DNA of 64,000 bases from an uncultured Bacteroidales bacterium (GCA_903915465.1 CAIWTA010000046.1:1364-65363); one strand, 5' to 3'. Positions 1-10,724 are shown, counted from the stretch's first letter. Program-made: numbers and translations. Notes: generated from the letters alone by a model not told the origin.

Positions 1-2
1 TT

Positions 3-764
3 ACACTTACCATTTTTGCAAGGGATTACACGGTAGCTACGGTTTCGAAAGGTACTGCAATCATCTTCAACCTTTCCACCTTCCTTCCAATTTTGATCAC
101 TGCTTTAGGAGTTTTCCTTTTAGTAGGTAAAGGACACTCCGGTAATATCAGGATACTTGGAGCAGTGGGGTCTATCGGCGCCATCGCAATTGGCAGCTAT
201 ACAATCAGCAGATTATTACCAGAAAAAAATCCCATCTCTCCAGAGATTTTTCAACAGTTCAACCCGATTTTCATTGTGTTCATGACACCAATAATAATCG
301 GCTTGTTTGCATATTTCAGGAAATATGGCAAAGAGCCTTCTTCGCCTCAAAAAATCGGTATCGGTATGCTTATTACTGCTGCCGGGTTCCTGATCATGGT
401 TCTTGCTTCCCAGGGACTGATGAGCCCGAAAGAGCTTGCATTGCAAGGCGGAGTGTCAGACACTCTGCGTTCGCCTTACTGGCTTATCGGAACCTATTTT
501 ACTTTGACCATTGCAGAGTTATTTTTAAGTCCGATCGGTATTTCCTTTGTTTCAAAAGTGGCACCACCTCAGCATAAAGGGCTGGCACAGGGAGGTTGGT
601 TCGCAGCTACCGCAATCGGAAACCTGATGGCTGGTTTTATCGGTCCTTTCTGGGACAAATGGCAACTCTGGCAATTCTTTACGCTGTTGGTCGCATTGAC
701 ACTTCTTTCAGCGATAATCATGTTCTCCATTCTAAAACGGTTGGAAAAAGCTACAACCAGTTGA
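3..764 (+). CDS. POT/PTR family proton-dependent oligopeptide transporter (5'-truncated by window edge)
   Basis: Frame open from base 3; FQQFNPIFI, KIGIGM, AELFLSPIG.SFVSKVAP motifs typical of POT transporters; multiple TM segments. Confidence 0.9.
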   Translation, partial: TLTIFARDYTVATVSKGTAIIFNLSTFLPILITALGVFLLVGKGHSGNIRILGAVGSIGAIAIGSYTISRLLPEKNPISPEIFQQFNPIFIVFMTPIIIGLFAYFRKYGKEPSSPQKIGIGMLITAAGFLIMVLASQGLMSPKELALQGGVSDTLRSPYWLIGTYFTLTIAELFLSPIGISFVSKVAPPQHKGLAQGGWFAATAIGNLMAGFIGPFWDKWQLWQFFTLLVALTLLSAIIMFSILKRLEKATTS

Positions 765-820
765 TGCGGAAATTCCTGATCTACTTAAACTCTTTTCTCA
801 GGAATGACAGATTGTAAACA

Positions 821-1771
821 GTGAACAAAGAAGAATTTTCCTGGGGAAACAACCGCCGGTATAATTCATATTCGGAATATATCAGGAAACTCTTTGGTGA
901 GAGAGTACAAAAAGTTGCCGTGGATGCAGGTTTCACCTGTCCTAACCGCGACGGAACGAAAGGTATTGGTGGGTGTACTTATTGCGATAACGAGGCTTTC
1001 AACCCTTCCTACTGCGATCCGAAGGAATCCATTACTGAGCAGATCCGCAAAGGAATTGAATTTCATGCTGTAAGGTATCGTCGTGCTGCCCAATTCCTTG
1101 TCTATTTTCAACCCTTCAGCAACACCCATGCTTCCATTGAAGTACTGAAAGAAAAGTATGAAGAAGCGTTGCTATACCCGGGAGTTGTCGGACTTGTAAT
1201 TGGAACACGCCCGGATTGTGTGGATGATGAGAAACTCAGTTACCTTTCCGCACTGGCAAAAAATTATTTTATCCAGGTTGAATATGGCGTAGAAACAACA
1301 AATGAGGCCACCTTGACCAGGATAAACCGGGGCCATACTTTTGAATTATCCCGAAAAATAATTGAGAAAACACATTCCCTGGGAATTCGCACAGGAGCCC
1401 ATTTCATCTTCGGTTTGCCAGGTGATACCCTGGAAGGGATGATGGAAATGGCAGGTCAAGTCTCCTCTTTGCCGATCGATACAGTCAAATTCCATCAACT
1501 TCAAATCATCAAAGGAACGGTACTTGAAAAAGAATTCCAGGCTGATCACTCAGGATTCCATCTCTTTGGCCTCAATGAATACATTGATTTTATTGTGAGT
1601 TTCACAGAAAAGCTCAATCCTTCAATCGTCATCGAGCGATTTACCGGGGAAGTCCCGCCAAGGTTCATTGAAAGTCACAATTGGGGATTGTTGCGGAATG
1701 ATGAGATACTCCGGCTGATCGAGAAAGAGTTTGAGCGGAGAGATAGCTGGCAGGGGAAGAATCATATCTGA
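821..1771 (+). CDS. TIGR01212/YhcC family radical SAM protein
   Basis: DAGFTCPNRDG...GGCTYC cluster motif, IGTRPDC, RINRGH. Confidence 0.92.
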   Translation: MNKEEFSWGNNRRYNSYSEYIRKLFGERVQKVAVDAGFTCPNRDGTKGIGGCTYCDNEAFNPSYCDPKESITEQIRKGIEFHAVRYRRAAQFLVYFQPFSNTHASIEVLKEKYEEALLYPGVVGLVIGTRPDCVDDEKLSYLSALAKNYFIQVEYGVETTNEATLTRINRGHTFELSRKIIEKTHSLGIRTGAHFIFGLPGDTLEGMMEMAGQVSSLPIDTVKFHQLQIIKGTVLEKEFQADHSGFHLFGLNEYIDFIVSFTEKLNPSIVIERFTGEVPPRFIESHNWGLLRNDEILRLIEKEFERRDSWQGKNHI

Positions 1772-1839
1772 GATCTGAGCACCGAACTCCGATAGAAAAC
1801 CGGCTCTCGGATCTCGGATCTCGGATCTCGGATCTCGGA
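1767..1839. repeat. Inverted heptamer arrays: TCTGAGA-TCTGAGC (1767-1780) and (TCTCGGA)x5 (1805-1839)
   Basis: Read directly; lies between convergent yhcC-like gene and pstB; same unit as 16561-16672 and 17190-17224. Confidence 0.92.
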
Positions 1840-1856
1840 TTTGCCAGTTTCACTGA

Positions 1857-2618
1857 TCAATTGAACGTTCCGCCAAGGTACTGCTTAGTCTTCTCCATTT
1901 TCGGATTTTCAAAAATCATAAAATTTGTACCCTGTTCTATTACTTCACCCAGGTACATGAATACCACATAATCAGCAATTCTTTTCGCCTGTCGTAAAAC
2001 ATGTGTAACCAGCACGATGGTATAATCTTTTTTCAGTTCAACAAACTTCTCCTCGATGCTTTGACTTGAAATAGGATCCAATGCAGAAGTCGGTTCATCC
2101 GCCAGGATGATATCGGGACTCACTGCCAGGCCACGGGCCAGACAAAGTCTCTGCTGCTGCCCAATGGATAAGTTAGAAGCAGGTTCCCGCATACGGTATT
2201 TCACTTCCTCCCATAAATTTGCCTGTTGCAGGTAACTTACCACTTGTTTGTGCAGGTCTCTTCTTTTCTTTACACCTTTCAGTTTTAAAGCATAAGCCAC
2301 ATTATTATAAATGTTCATAGGAAGCGGATAGGGTCGCTGGGAAAGCAAACCCATGTGTTGCCGAAGTTGATAAATATCTTCTTTGGCCTCCAATACATCA
2401 TTTCCATCAATCATAACTTTACCGCTGACTTTCAACTCAGGATACAGGTCAGTCAAGCGGTTCAGGCATTTCAGCAAGGTGGTCTTTCCACAACCGGAAG
2501 GACCGAGTATTACTGTGATTTTGTTCTTTGGAATCTCAATATTGATATTTTTCAGGATTTGGGTTTTCCCGGCAGCGACATTCAGGTTAACAATGCTTAT
2601 TTTACTGGTGTTTTCCAT
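1857..2618 (-). CDS. pstB: Phosphate ABC transporter ATP-binding protein
   Basis: GPSGCGKT Walker A, LSIGQQQRLC, DEPTSALDP; operon with pstACS; alternative GTG start at 2630. Confidence 0.93.
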   Translation of the reverse strand: MENTSKISIVNLNVAAGKTQILKNINIEIPKNKITVILGPSGCGKTTLLKCLNRLTDLYPELKVSGKVMIDGNDVLEAKEDIYQLRQHMGLLSQRPYPLPMNIYNNVAYALKLKGVKKRRDLHKQVVSYLQQANLWEEVKYRMREPASNLSIGQQQRLCLARGLAVSPDIILADEPTSALDPISSQSIEEKFVELKKDYTIVLVTHVLRQAKRIADYVVFMYLGEVIEQGTNFMIFENPKMEKTKQYLGGTFN

Positions 2619-2638
2619 ATTGATTGGCACTTCCGCTA

Positions 2639-3496
2639 TTAAAAATTGATTTTTGTTTTATGATATCTTTTTCCCAATCCCCTGGAGAATAAACTTACAA
2701 TTAAAATTATCAGGGTGAGTATAAGAGCTGAAGCATAAGCACGATTTTGCACTTCAGGTACCGGTGATGCCAATTGGAAGAAGATGGATAAAGGCAAAGT
2801 GGCAACCGGTTCCATTAAAGAATTCGGAAGATTATCGGTATATCCTGCTGTAAAAAGAACTGAAGCAGCATCGCCTATGGCACGTCCAAAAGAGAGAAGG
2901 ATGGCAGTGATTATTCCGGAAAACGACTGGCGGGTAAAAATTTTAAAAGCCACTTCCGATTTATTGGATCCCAACGAATAGGATGCTTCCATCAGCCCAA
3001 CAGGAATGGTCCGGAGAATTTCATCCATGGAGCGGATCATTATGGGCAGAATAAATAATGTTACGGTCAGCATCCCAGCCAGAAGGGATGTCTGAATTCC
3101 CAGGAAAATCATCATACTGAATCCGAATGCTCCATAAACGATGGATGGAATTCCCCAAACAAGATCCAGGATAAAACGGATCACACCAACCAGCTTTTTC
3201 TTTTGAACAAGGAAGACATTCATATACAGTGCAACCGGCAAACCGATGATAAAAGCCAGAAAGGTTGCGCCAAAAGCGAGCGATAAGGATCCCAGAATAG
3301 CATTGAGTATACCACCTCCTTTTCCATAATAATAGCCGCCCGATGGAATCTGTGATATCATTTCCCATGAAATTGCTTTGATTCCTTTTTCAAAGATGCT
3401 ATAAATGATCAAAGCAAGGATAAGAAGAATAAAATAAGTCGAAAAGACCATCAGGACTTTGAAAATTGCTTCTTCTATTTTCCGGGATCTTTTCAT
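2639..3496 (-). CDS. pstA: Phosphate ABC transporter permease PstA
   Basis: GGILNAILGS, GIPSIVYG, EAS-type loop; operon context. Confidence 0.92.
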   Translation of the reverse strand: MKRSRKIEEAIFKVLMVFSTYFILLILALIIYSIFEKGIKAISWEMISQIPSGGYYYGKGGGILNAILGSLSLAFGATFLAFIIGLPVALYMNVFLVQKKKLVGVIRFILDLVWGIPSIVYGAFGFSMMIFLGIQTSLLAGMLTVTLFILPIMIRSMDEILRTIPVGLMEASYSLGSNKSEVAFKIFTRQSFSGIITAILLSFGRAIGDAASVLFTAGYTDNLPNSLMEPVATLPLSIFFQLASPVPEVQNRAYASALILTLIILIVSLFSRGLGKRYHKTKINF

Positions 3497-3498
3497 TT

Positions 3499-4389
3499 CT
3501 AGTATTTATTATAACGTGCAATGAAGAAGTGCATGATCAGGTTGAAAAACAGTGAAACGGCAAGCAGTATCAAAGCGGCAAACATTAGCGCAGAATCGTA
3601 TCGCGGGATAGAAAGCATCTCTCCATAGTTATTTGCAATAAGGGCTGGCAGAGTATATCCTGGATCGAAAACACTTTTGGGAAGCTTTACTACATTTCCC
3701 ACGACCATCAGTACGGCCATTGTTTCACCAAATGCTCTTGCCAATCCGAACCCAAATGCAGCAATTATCCCGGGGAGTGATTTCTTGATAACAACATGCT
3801 TGACTGTTTGCCACTGTGTGGCTCCCAACGAAAGTGCTGCTTCTTCCAATTCGATGGGAACAGCCTGGAAAACTTCAATCAGAATGTTCAGTATAAAAGG
3901 AATGATCATGATGGAAAGCACCAATGCCGCTGCCAGTATACTATATCCCAATGTATTCACACCAAAAAAAGGTCCCAGATAGTGGGAAATAAAAGGAATA
4001 ATCACAAGGATTCCCCAGACTCCGTAAACGACAGATGGAATTCCAGCCAATATATCAATTGCAGGGTGCATTATCCGAAGAAATCGCTTTTTGGTATAGT
4101 GCGTAACATAGATGGCTGTAAGCAAACAGATCGGTGCTGAAAGTAGCATGGCGAGCAATGTAACCCAGATAGAACCAACGATGAATGGAAAGAAACCAAA
4201 CTTTCCGATTCCCGGCTTCCATTCTTTGGAAAAAAGAAGATCAGAAAGATTATAATCGTGAATCAACAGGAAGGATTTCAGGTATAATCCTAAAAAAAGC
4301 AAAAAGGGCAAAGAAGCAACCAGCAACAGGCTGACGATCATCCAGGTATAGTTGACCCGGTGTCTTTGATTCCTGTTTAGTAAGTACAT
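3499..4389 (-). CDS. pstC: Phosphate ABC transporter permease PstC
   Basis: AGIPSVVYG, EAALSLGAT, RAFGETMAV. Confidence 0.93.
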   Translation of the reverse strand: MYLLNRNQRHRVNYTWMIVSLLLVASLPFLLFLGLYLKSFLLIHDYNLSDLLFSKEWKPGIGKFGFFPFIVGSIWVTLLAMLLSAPICLLTAIYVTHYTKKRFLRIMHPAIDILAGIPSVVYGVWGILVIIPFISHYLGPFFGVNTLGYSILAAALVLSIMIIPFILNILIEVFQAVPIELEEAALSLGATQWQTVKHVVIKKSLPGIIAAFGFGLARAFGETMAVLMVVGNVVKLPKSVFDPGYTLPALIANNYGEMLSIPRYDSALMFAALILLAVSLFFNLIMHFFIARYNKY

Positions 4390-4422
4390 TCTAAGGGATT
4401 ATTGATCACAGATGACCTGTAG

Positions 4423-5406
4423 TTATTTCAATTTAGCCAGACTGTTTTGAATTTTCTCATTGGAAAGAGTGACATACCCTGCCTCAGTTAAATACTTCTG
4501 GCCGTCTGTCAGGATCCACTGCAGGAAAGCAAGAACAATTTTATTCTGAGGTTTTCCTGCAGCAACAAGGTAAAGATCACGGGCAGGTGGAGAAGGATAA
4601 ATTCCACTCTGAATGGCTTTCATCACCTGATCAAGGGTTTTGTAAATGCTTTCTTCCTGATCAATTTTCCCATTCCCATTCAAATCAATTGGAATAACAG
4701 CCAGCCCTGGATAGACTTTACGGGTGTTCATGTCGAAAATAAAGTTCAGGTTATTGAACCCGATTCCATTCTCAGTTTTGCGAATTGCATCAGCAACACC
4801 CGGGTCACCGTTCACACCTAACCCGAGCAAATCCTCTTGCTTCTTTCCCATTAAATATTTAGCCCACATTTCTGCTGCACCGCATGCATCCGAGCGGGTA
4901 AATGGCTGCAGTGTAACTTTTGAACTATTATTTACCGCGGAACCCCAAGTTGTGATCTTCCCGGAAATAAAAATATCAAAGAATTTCTGTTTTGTCAACC
5001 CTTTTGATAAGAGATCCTTCAATACAGGATTACGCGCATTTACTGTAGGTAGTACAGCATCCCTTGCAACTCCGATATACCACGCACCTTTGGCTCTTTC
5101 TTCAGGGCTTAATTCCTTGGAATACATCCCAAGATCGACCATTCGTGATAAGGCATCTGCCATTCCTTTTCCAGCACCTCCTGCAGAGATATTTATGGTC
5201 ACGTGAGGATGAAACTTTTTAAATTCCTCCGCCCATCTCACAGTCATTGGGTAAAGCGCAAATGCGCCGGAAATGGTGATTTTCCCTTTCATATCGTCAG
5301 ACTTCTGGCCAGCTTTGCTCCCTTCCTGAGTATTGCAGGAAATAAGAATACATGAAAATACAAAATATGCCAGAAAGATTCCGATGAAAAGACATTGTTT
5401 ATTCAT
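4423..5406 (-). CDS. pstS: Phosphate ABC transporter substrate-binding lipoprotein
   Basis: Lipobox-like LISC, ISGAFALYP, AGGAGKG, YP..RDLYL; first gene of pst operon. Confidence 0.88.
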   Translation of the reverse strand: MNKQCLFIGIFLAYFVFSCILISCNTQEGSKAGQKSDDMKGKITISGAFALYPMTVRWAEEFKKFHPHVTINISAGGAGKGMADALSRMVDLGMYSKELSPEERAKGAWYIGVARDAVLPTVNARNPVLKDLLSKGLTKQKFFDIFISGKITTWGSAVNNSSKVTLQPFTRSDACGAAEMWAKYLMGKKQEDLLGLGVNGDPGVADAIRKTENGIGFNNLNFIFDMNTRKVYPGLAVIPIDLNGNGKIDQEESIYKTLDQVMKAIQSGIYPSPPARDLYLVAAGKPQNKIVLAFLQWILTDGQKYLTEAGYVTLSNEKIQNSLAKLK

Positions 5407-5489
5407 AGAAGCTGACTTTTACCTGAAAGCAAAATATTTCTCCTTCTGGATTGAAAGAAATTGGTTTATTTCAAAAAACACAAAATTCA

Positions 5490-6464
5490 TTAAATGAGTT
5501 GATTGATGATGTCTTCAACCTTAATACCATCGGCTTCAGCTTTGTAATTCTTGACTAACCTGTGTCGCAAAACAGCAGTAGCCACAGCTTTTACATCTTC
5601 GATATCAGGAGAATACTTTCCGTTCAGTGAAGCATGACATTTAGCACCAAGAATAAGGTATTGGGAAGCTCTCGGACCGGCTCCCCAGATAAGATATTGA
5701 TTTGAAATAGGGGCAGCAGCATGTGTTTTTGGTCTGGTTTTGGACACCAGTTCAACTGCATAGTGATAGACATTATCGGGGACCGGAATTTTCAATATTA
5801 ACCCCTGAAAAAAAAGAATCTCTTCAGAATTCATTACAATCTGAGGTGATATCGATTGGTTGGATGTTGTGGATTTGACAATTTTGATCTCCTCATTAAA
5901 TGAAGGGTAATCCAGCCAGATATTGAACATAAACCGGTCCAGTTGGGCTTCCGGCAACGGATAAGTTCCTTCCTGTTCGATCGGGTTTTGGGTGGCAAGA
6001 ACAAAAAATGGTTCCTCCAGTATATAAGAAAATCCAGCCACGGTGACGGATTTTTCCTGCATCGCTTCCAGCAATGCCGACTGTGTTTTTGGAGGAGTTC
6101 TGTTGATCTCATCGGCCAGGATGATATTGGCAAAAACAGGGCCTTTGATGAATCTGAATTTGCGATTTTCATCCAGGATTTCTGTTCCAATGATATCAGA
6201 AGGCATAAGGTCAGGGGTAAATTGAATCCGGCTATAATGTAACCCCAACGCTTTGGAAAGCGTGTTTACCATCAATGTTTTTGCCAATCCTGGAACACCG
6301 ACAAGAAGACAATGTCCTTTGCAAAAAATTGAGATTAAAAGGTTTTTTACGACCTCATCCTGCCCAACAATTACTTTGGCAATTTCAGATTTCAGCTGAT
6401 TGTATTTTTTAACCAGTGCTTCAACAGCTTCGACATCAGAAGAAAAGTTCATAGTTTTTTCCAT
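5490..6464 (-). CDS. MoxR family AAA+ ATPase
   Basis: GVPGLAKT, RIQFTPDLMPSD, DEINR, ATQNPIEQEGTYPLPEAQLDRF; ATG overlaps upstream TAA (TAATG). Confidence 0.95.
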   Translation of the reverse strand: MEKTMNFSSDVEAVEALVKKYNQLKSEIAKVIVGQDEVVKNLLISIFCKGHCLLVGVPGLAKTLMVNTLSKALGLHYSRIQFTPDLMPSDIIGTEILDENRKFRFIKGPVFANIILADEINRTPPKTQSALLEAMQEKSVTVAGFSYILEEPFFVLATQNPIEQEGTYPLPEAQLDRFMFNIWLDYPSFNEEIKIVKSTTSNQSISPQIVMNSEEILFFQGLILKIPVPDNVYHYAVELVSKTRPKTHAAAPISNQYLIWGAGPRASQYLILGAKCHASLNGKYSPDIEDVKAVATAVLRHRLVKNYKAEADGIKVEDIINQLI

Positions 6465-7825
6465 TATTTTTTTTGCCAGGACCTTTGGAATTCGCAATTG
6501 GCATAAAGTCCTTTGATACTGATATAAGTTCTGCTTATCTTTCTATTGATCCATCCATTAATCACATCCGATTTTTTTGTTTCCAGCGCCCATTGCTGCA
6601 GCTTATCATAATCCTGCTCAGGATTGGCCTTATGAGGAAGTGTCCTCTCTTTTAAATAGTAGATTCTGAATTCATCCTTTCCACGATCAGTCTTGTACAT
6701 GACTGTGGAAGAGATATCCCCTACTTTCATTTTATCAATAACAAGAAAAATTTTCGGATCCAATTGACTCGCATCAAACTTGCTGTTGCCATTGGCCCCA
6801 TTGATAATCAGTCCCCCATTGTTTTTGCTCAGATCATCGGAGAATTTCGTTACGGCATCTGAAAATGCGATCTTTTTATTCCGGATCACCTTCCCTAAAC
6901 TGTCGAGAAGCGATTTCGCCTGGTTCATACTTTGATTGGAGAATTTAGGTTGAAGGAGGATATGCCTGACGTTGATGTATTCTCCTTTTCTTTCAATCAT
7001 CTGAATAAGATGAAAACCATCTTCTGTCTCCACGATGTCGGAAACTTCGCCGGGTTTAAGTTTAAATGCAGCTGCCTCAAACTCTGTCCGCATTTCACCT
7101 CGTTTAAAAAGTCCCAGTTCACCACCTTTTTTTGAAGAACCCGGATCCTCAGAATAGAGAATTGCCAGTGTCGAAAAATCATCTCCATTCTTTATCCTTT
7201 CCTTGAAACTCTTCAATTTTGCCTTTACAGTTTCTTTTTCCTGCTCTCCCAAAACAGGGTGTTTTGCAATCATTCCTATTTCATATTCTGCGGATACTTC
7301 AGGAATACTGTCCTTGGGCAATTTCCTGTAGAAAGTTTTGACCTCAGAAGGTGTCACAGTTACATCTTTTGTGATTTTTTGCTGCGTCATTTCTATCATC
7401 ATTTGTTCTTTAATGATTTCCCGCATCTCATTTTTGAATTCCACCATTGTTTTTTGATAGTATTCCTCTAACTTTTCCTGCGACCCTGCCTGTGACAGCA
7501 AGTAGCGTAACCGCCGATCCATCTCTGATTCAACCTGGATATCATTAACTTTTGCGCTGTCTATCTGCGATTGGTTCAACATCAGTTTCTGGAAAAGTAA
7601 ATTTTCAAAGATCTGGCACTTTACCTTCTCAGCGCTACCTTTGATATTTCCCTGCATCCTGTATTGAAGATATTGTGCTTCAACTTCTGATTTCAGCACT
7701 ATATTGGCACCCACAACAGCGACTACTCCATCAATCACAGAATCATTAACCGACTGCGCAGGGATGGCAGAGGCGACAACCATTAACAGGAAAATATAAA
7801 TTGAACAATTCAACAATTTCTTCAT
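6464..7825 (-). CDS. SurA-type peptidylprolyl isomerase/chaperone
   Basis: Signal peptide, IDGVVAVVG N-domain, parvulin motifs YSEDPGS..GGELG, GFHLI; start chosen at MKKLLN. Confidence 0.88.
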   Translation of the reverse strand: MKKLLNCSIYIFLLMVVASAIPAQSVNDSVIDGVVAVVGANIVLKSEVEAQYLQYRMQGNIKGSAEKVKCQIFENLLFQKLMLNQSQIDSAKVNDIQVESEMDRRLRYLLSQAGSQEKLEEYYQKTMVEFKNEMREIIKEQMMIEMTQQKITKDVTVTPSEVKTFYRKLPKDSIPEVSAEYEIGMIAKHPVLGEQEKETVKAKLKSFKERIKNGDDFSTLAILYSEDPGSSKKGGELGLFKRGEMRTEFEAAAFKLKPGEVSDIVETEDGFHLIQMIERKGEYINVRHILLQPKFSNQSMNQAKSLLDSLGKVIRNKKIAFSDAVTKFSDDLSKNNGGLIINGANGNSKFDASQLDPKIFLVIDKMKVGDISSTVMYKTDRGKDEFRIYYLKERTLPHKANPEQDYDKLQQWALETKKSDVINGWINRKISRTYISIKGLYANCEFQRSWQKK

Positions 7826-7850
7826 GTATATTTTTTTAACGATAACCCTG

Positions 7851-8690
7851 TCAGAATATTTCAAAATCGTTATTTTTCAAGGCTTTCTCATAAATGTCGT
7901 TATGCATTTTCTGGATAAGGTCAATTTTCCTTTTATTTATGATTATGTTCTTTACCCTTTCTTTCTCAAAGCTTAAAGGAGAAATGGATTCCTTGATTTT
8001 AAAATCGCGGAATCTGACCAAATAGGTGTACAAAGAGTCCTGGTATTCAAGATCCCGGTGGTTCTTCAGAAACTCTTCCTGGTTATACGTTTTTATAGGA
8101 ATCTGCTTCAGCAAATCATTAAATAAAAGCCAATTCTGATCATCCAGAAAATAATCTGCCGCGTACTTCTCGCATTCTTCTGCAAAATGGGTCCTGTCTG
8201 AGGAGTTATCGGCATTAAGAAGCTTTTTAAACTGTTTTATATGGGTAGATTTGATTGGGATTTTCACATATTGTATCTGAACGATATTGTCTTTTAAGAG
8301 GAAGTTCTGCTGGTTTGCGGAATAATAATTTTCAACCTCTTCATCCGAAACCAAAGTATCAAGTTTCTGTTTGACTAATTCATTCTCGTAAGTAAAGGTG
8401 ATCAATGAATTCCTGTAATTCTTCAATTGTTGCGAAAATTCCATTTGTTCGCTGGAAAGGTTTTTCTCTGCCTGATGAATGATCAGACGCTGATGAATCC
8501 AGGTTTCAATATAATTTTTTGCGAGAGTTAAGCTGTCCTTTGCATTAGTACCAACAGGAATCACACCTTTCAGGTCAGATTCATACAGATAATCATCATA
8601 AACTTTTGCCAGAGGTCTTTCGGTTTTCATTTTGAAAAAGCCTGAACAGCCACAAAGAAGAACCAGTGTAAGAAGCAGAATCTTTTTCAA
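7851..8690 (-). CDS. PPIase-like lipoprotein of the Bacteroidota guaB-surA cluster
   Basis: Lipobox LCGC, LAKVYDDYLY, position between two parvulin genes; TTG start. Confidence 0.75.
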   Translation of the reverse strand: MKKILLLTLVLLCGCSGFFKMKTERPLAKVYDDYLYESDLKGVIPVGTNAKDSLTLAKNYIETWIHQRLIIHQAEKNLSSEQMEFSQQLKNYRNSLITFTYENELVKQKLDTLVSDEEVENYYSANQQNFLLKDNIVQIQYVKIPIKSTHIKQFKKLLNADNSSDRTHFAEECEKYAADYFLDDQNWLLFNDLLKQIPIKTYNQEEFLKNHRDLEYQDSLYTYLVRFRDFKIKESISPLSFEKERVKNIIINKRKIDLIQKMHNDIYEKALKNNDFEIF

Positions 8691-8696
8691 ATCAGC

Positions 8697-10724
8697 CTAT
8701 TTAATTTGAGAAAACACTTCTTTTTTTACATTTACCGGATACTTTTGGCGTAGATACTGGATCCAGATTTTTTCAAGGTAATTCTGGTAGTCGGCTGTGA
8801 TGAGGCCCCGTGCTTCATTTAAGGTTTTATTCGCAGGCAATAGCAAGCTCCGGATATTTATCATAACTACCGAAGAGTCGGAAGTTATGTCGTTTGAAAG
8901 GCCAATATTCCAAGGAACCATGTCAATGAATTTGTTGTCTTTCCTTGAGTATTTGCCATTTTCAACGGTAAGGATCTTATGAGGGTCTGTATTGATTTCT
9001 TTCAATACAGCATCATCAGTCAGACCTGATTTTATGAAGTTTCTAACCTTCTGCGACAGCTTCAAATCCTTTAATGTAAAGATGGAAGCTTCCACGCGAT
9101 TACCCCAGACATAATTTTTTTTGTTATTTTCATAATATTGTTTTAGTCCAACTGTATCCTTGACGGCTTTGGACCAAACTTTCTGATCTGTCAGGTCAAA
9201 AAGTAGAATTCCATCCCTATATTCTGTCATCAGGTTACGGAAGTCAGGGTATTTTTGCTCAAGGTGTGCATTTTCCCATTTCATGAGGCTTTCATTGACG
9301 TACTCTTTGTAGGATTTGTTCACGAATGCGGGGATCTTGTCTTTTTCACTTTTCTTTTGTTTTGAAACCAGGTATTGTGCAAAATCCTGTTGTTTGAAAA
9401 GCATATTTCCCAACTTGAATAGCGGTTTGGTCAGACCTTTGGCCTCGTTGATGTCCCATTTTCCAACAAAGATGCTGTCGGTGACCACTGTATAGAAATC
9501 GGTTTTGGATTCAGGGAATTCAGTGAAGTTGTATTCTTTTTTTATCATATTATAAACCATATCCACTGCGATTTGATGACGTACATCTTTAGAAATACGT
9601 TGTTTCAAATCAGCTTTTTCATCAGGAAATGTACCCGGAAGTTTTCTTTCTACCAACCGGATGATGTGCCAGCCGTATGGAGTTTGAACAGGAGCTGAAT
9701 AATCTCCCGGTTTTTCCATTTTGTATATGGCATCGACAAATTCGGGGACCATACGGTTCACACCAAATTTGGGTAGAACTCCACCTTTTGAAGCACTTCC
9801 TTTATCATCTGAATATTGTTTCACCAATGTATCCCAGGCACTTCCTTGCTGAAGTTTCTGGTAAATTGAATCAATCCGTTGTTTAATAAGCGCTGAATCT
9901 TCTTTTGATGCATCCTTCTTCATCATTAAAAAGAGATGAGCCACCGTAACTTTTCCCAGTGCTGATCTCTTATCAGTCAATTTAATAATATGATATCCAT
10001 AATCAGTTCTGATTACAGGAGCGACTTTCCCAACTTCTACATTGTAAGCTCCGTTCTCGAATGGATATACCATGTCGAATACGGTAAAGTATCCAAGATC
10101 TCCATGATTGCCATGAATGAATGCATGCTGCTGATTGGATTCACGGTCTCTTGCAGATGGATCATCAGATTCTTCAACCGCAAGTTTTTCAAATGATTCT
10201 CCTTTCATCAACCTGTCACGGATCATCTGTGTCCTGTTAAAAGCGGCGAGTGAATCCTCTGGCGCGGCATCAGGCCCAATACGAACAAAAATATGACTGG
10301 CGCGGACGTCATAATGTTCACGGTCGAATGCTTCCTGAACAAGCTTGTCGATGGTAGGCTCATCGATAAAATACGGTTTGGCCAGTTGATCACGGTAACC
10401 ATTCAATTCAGTTTTAAAAGAAGTCAGTGTATCTAGTCCGAGATCTTCAGCTTCCCTCACTTTCAATTTAAAGTTGATATAGAGCTCAAGGTATTCCAAA
10501 AGATTCTGTTTGTTTATAATTTCTCCTTTCCTGATAACTTTATTTCCTAAAGTATCCGCTTTGGGATTGTTTTTCAGGTAAATTGACATAAACTCACCAA
10601 CTGTGACATTCTTTCCACCGATTGTCATCAGGGTGGATTCATTGTTTATCTGGGCATGGAGGGATGGCATTGCCAACCCAAAACAGATCAAAGACATTAA
10701 AAAATTAACCTTCAAGCATTTCAT
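8697..10724 (-). CDS. Peptidylprolyl isomerase (two parvulin domains)
   Basis: VRASHI, SDDPSA..GDLGYF, YGYHIIK; second domain VAHL, SDDKGS, YGWHIIR; signal peptide. Confidence 0.9.
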   Translation of the reverse strand: MKCLKVNFLMSLICFGLAMPSLHAQINNESTLMTIGGKNVTVGEFMSIYLKNNPKADTLGNKVIRKGEIINKQNLLEYLELYINFKLKVREAEDLGLDTLTSFKTELNGYRDQLAKPYFIDEPTIDKLVQEAFDREHYDVRASHIFVRIGPDAAPEDSLAAFNRTQMIRDRLMKGESFEKLAVEESDDPSARDRESNQQHAFIHGNHGDLGYFTVFDMVYPFENGAYNVEVGKVAPVIRTDYGYHIIKLTDKRSALGKVTVAHLFLMMKKDASKEDSALIKQRIDSIYQKLQQGSAWDTLVKQYSDDKGSASKGGVLPKFGVNRMVPEFVDAIYKMEKPGDYSAPVQTPYGWHIIRLVERKLPGTFPDEKADLKQRISKDVRHQIAVDMVYNMIKKEYNFTEFPESKTDFYTVVTDSIFVGKWDINEAKGLTKPLFKLGNMLFKQQDFAQYLVSKQKKSEKDKIPAFVNKSYKEYVNESLMKWENAHLEQKYPDFRNLMTEYRDGILLFDLTDQKVWSKAVKDTVGLKQYYENNKKNYVWGNRVEASIFTLKDLKLSQKVRNFIKSGLTDDAVLKEINTDPHKILTVENGKYSRKDNKFIDMVPWNIGLSNDITSDSSVVMINIRSLLLPANKTLNEARGLITADYQNYLEKIWIQYLRQKYPVNVKKEVFSQIK

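Noticed and set aside
1665-1853. 62-aa minus-strand ORF (PRSEIRDPRSE)
   Set aside because: Translation of the heptamer array, antisense to the radical SAM gene.
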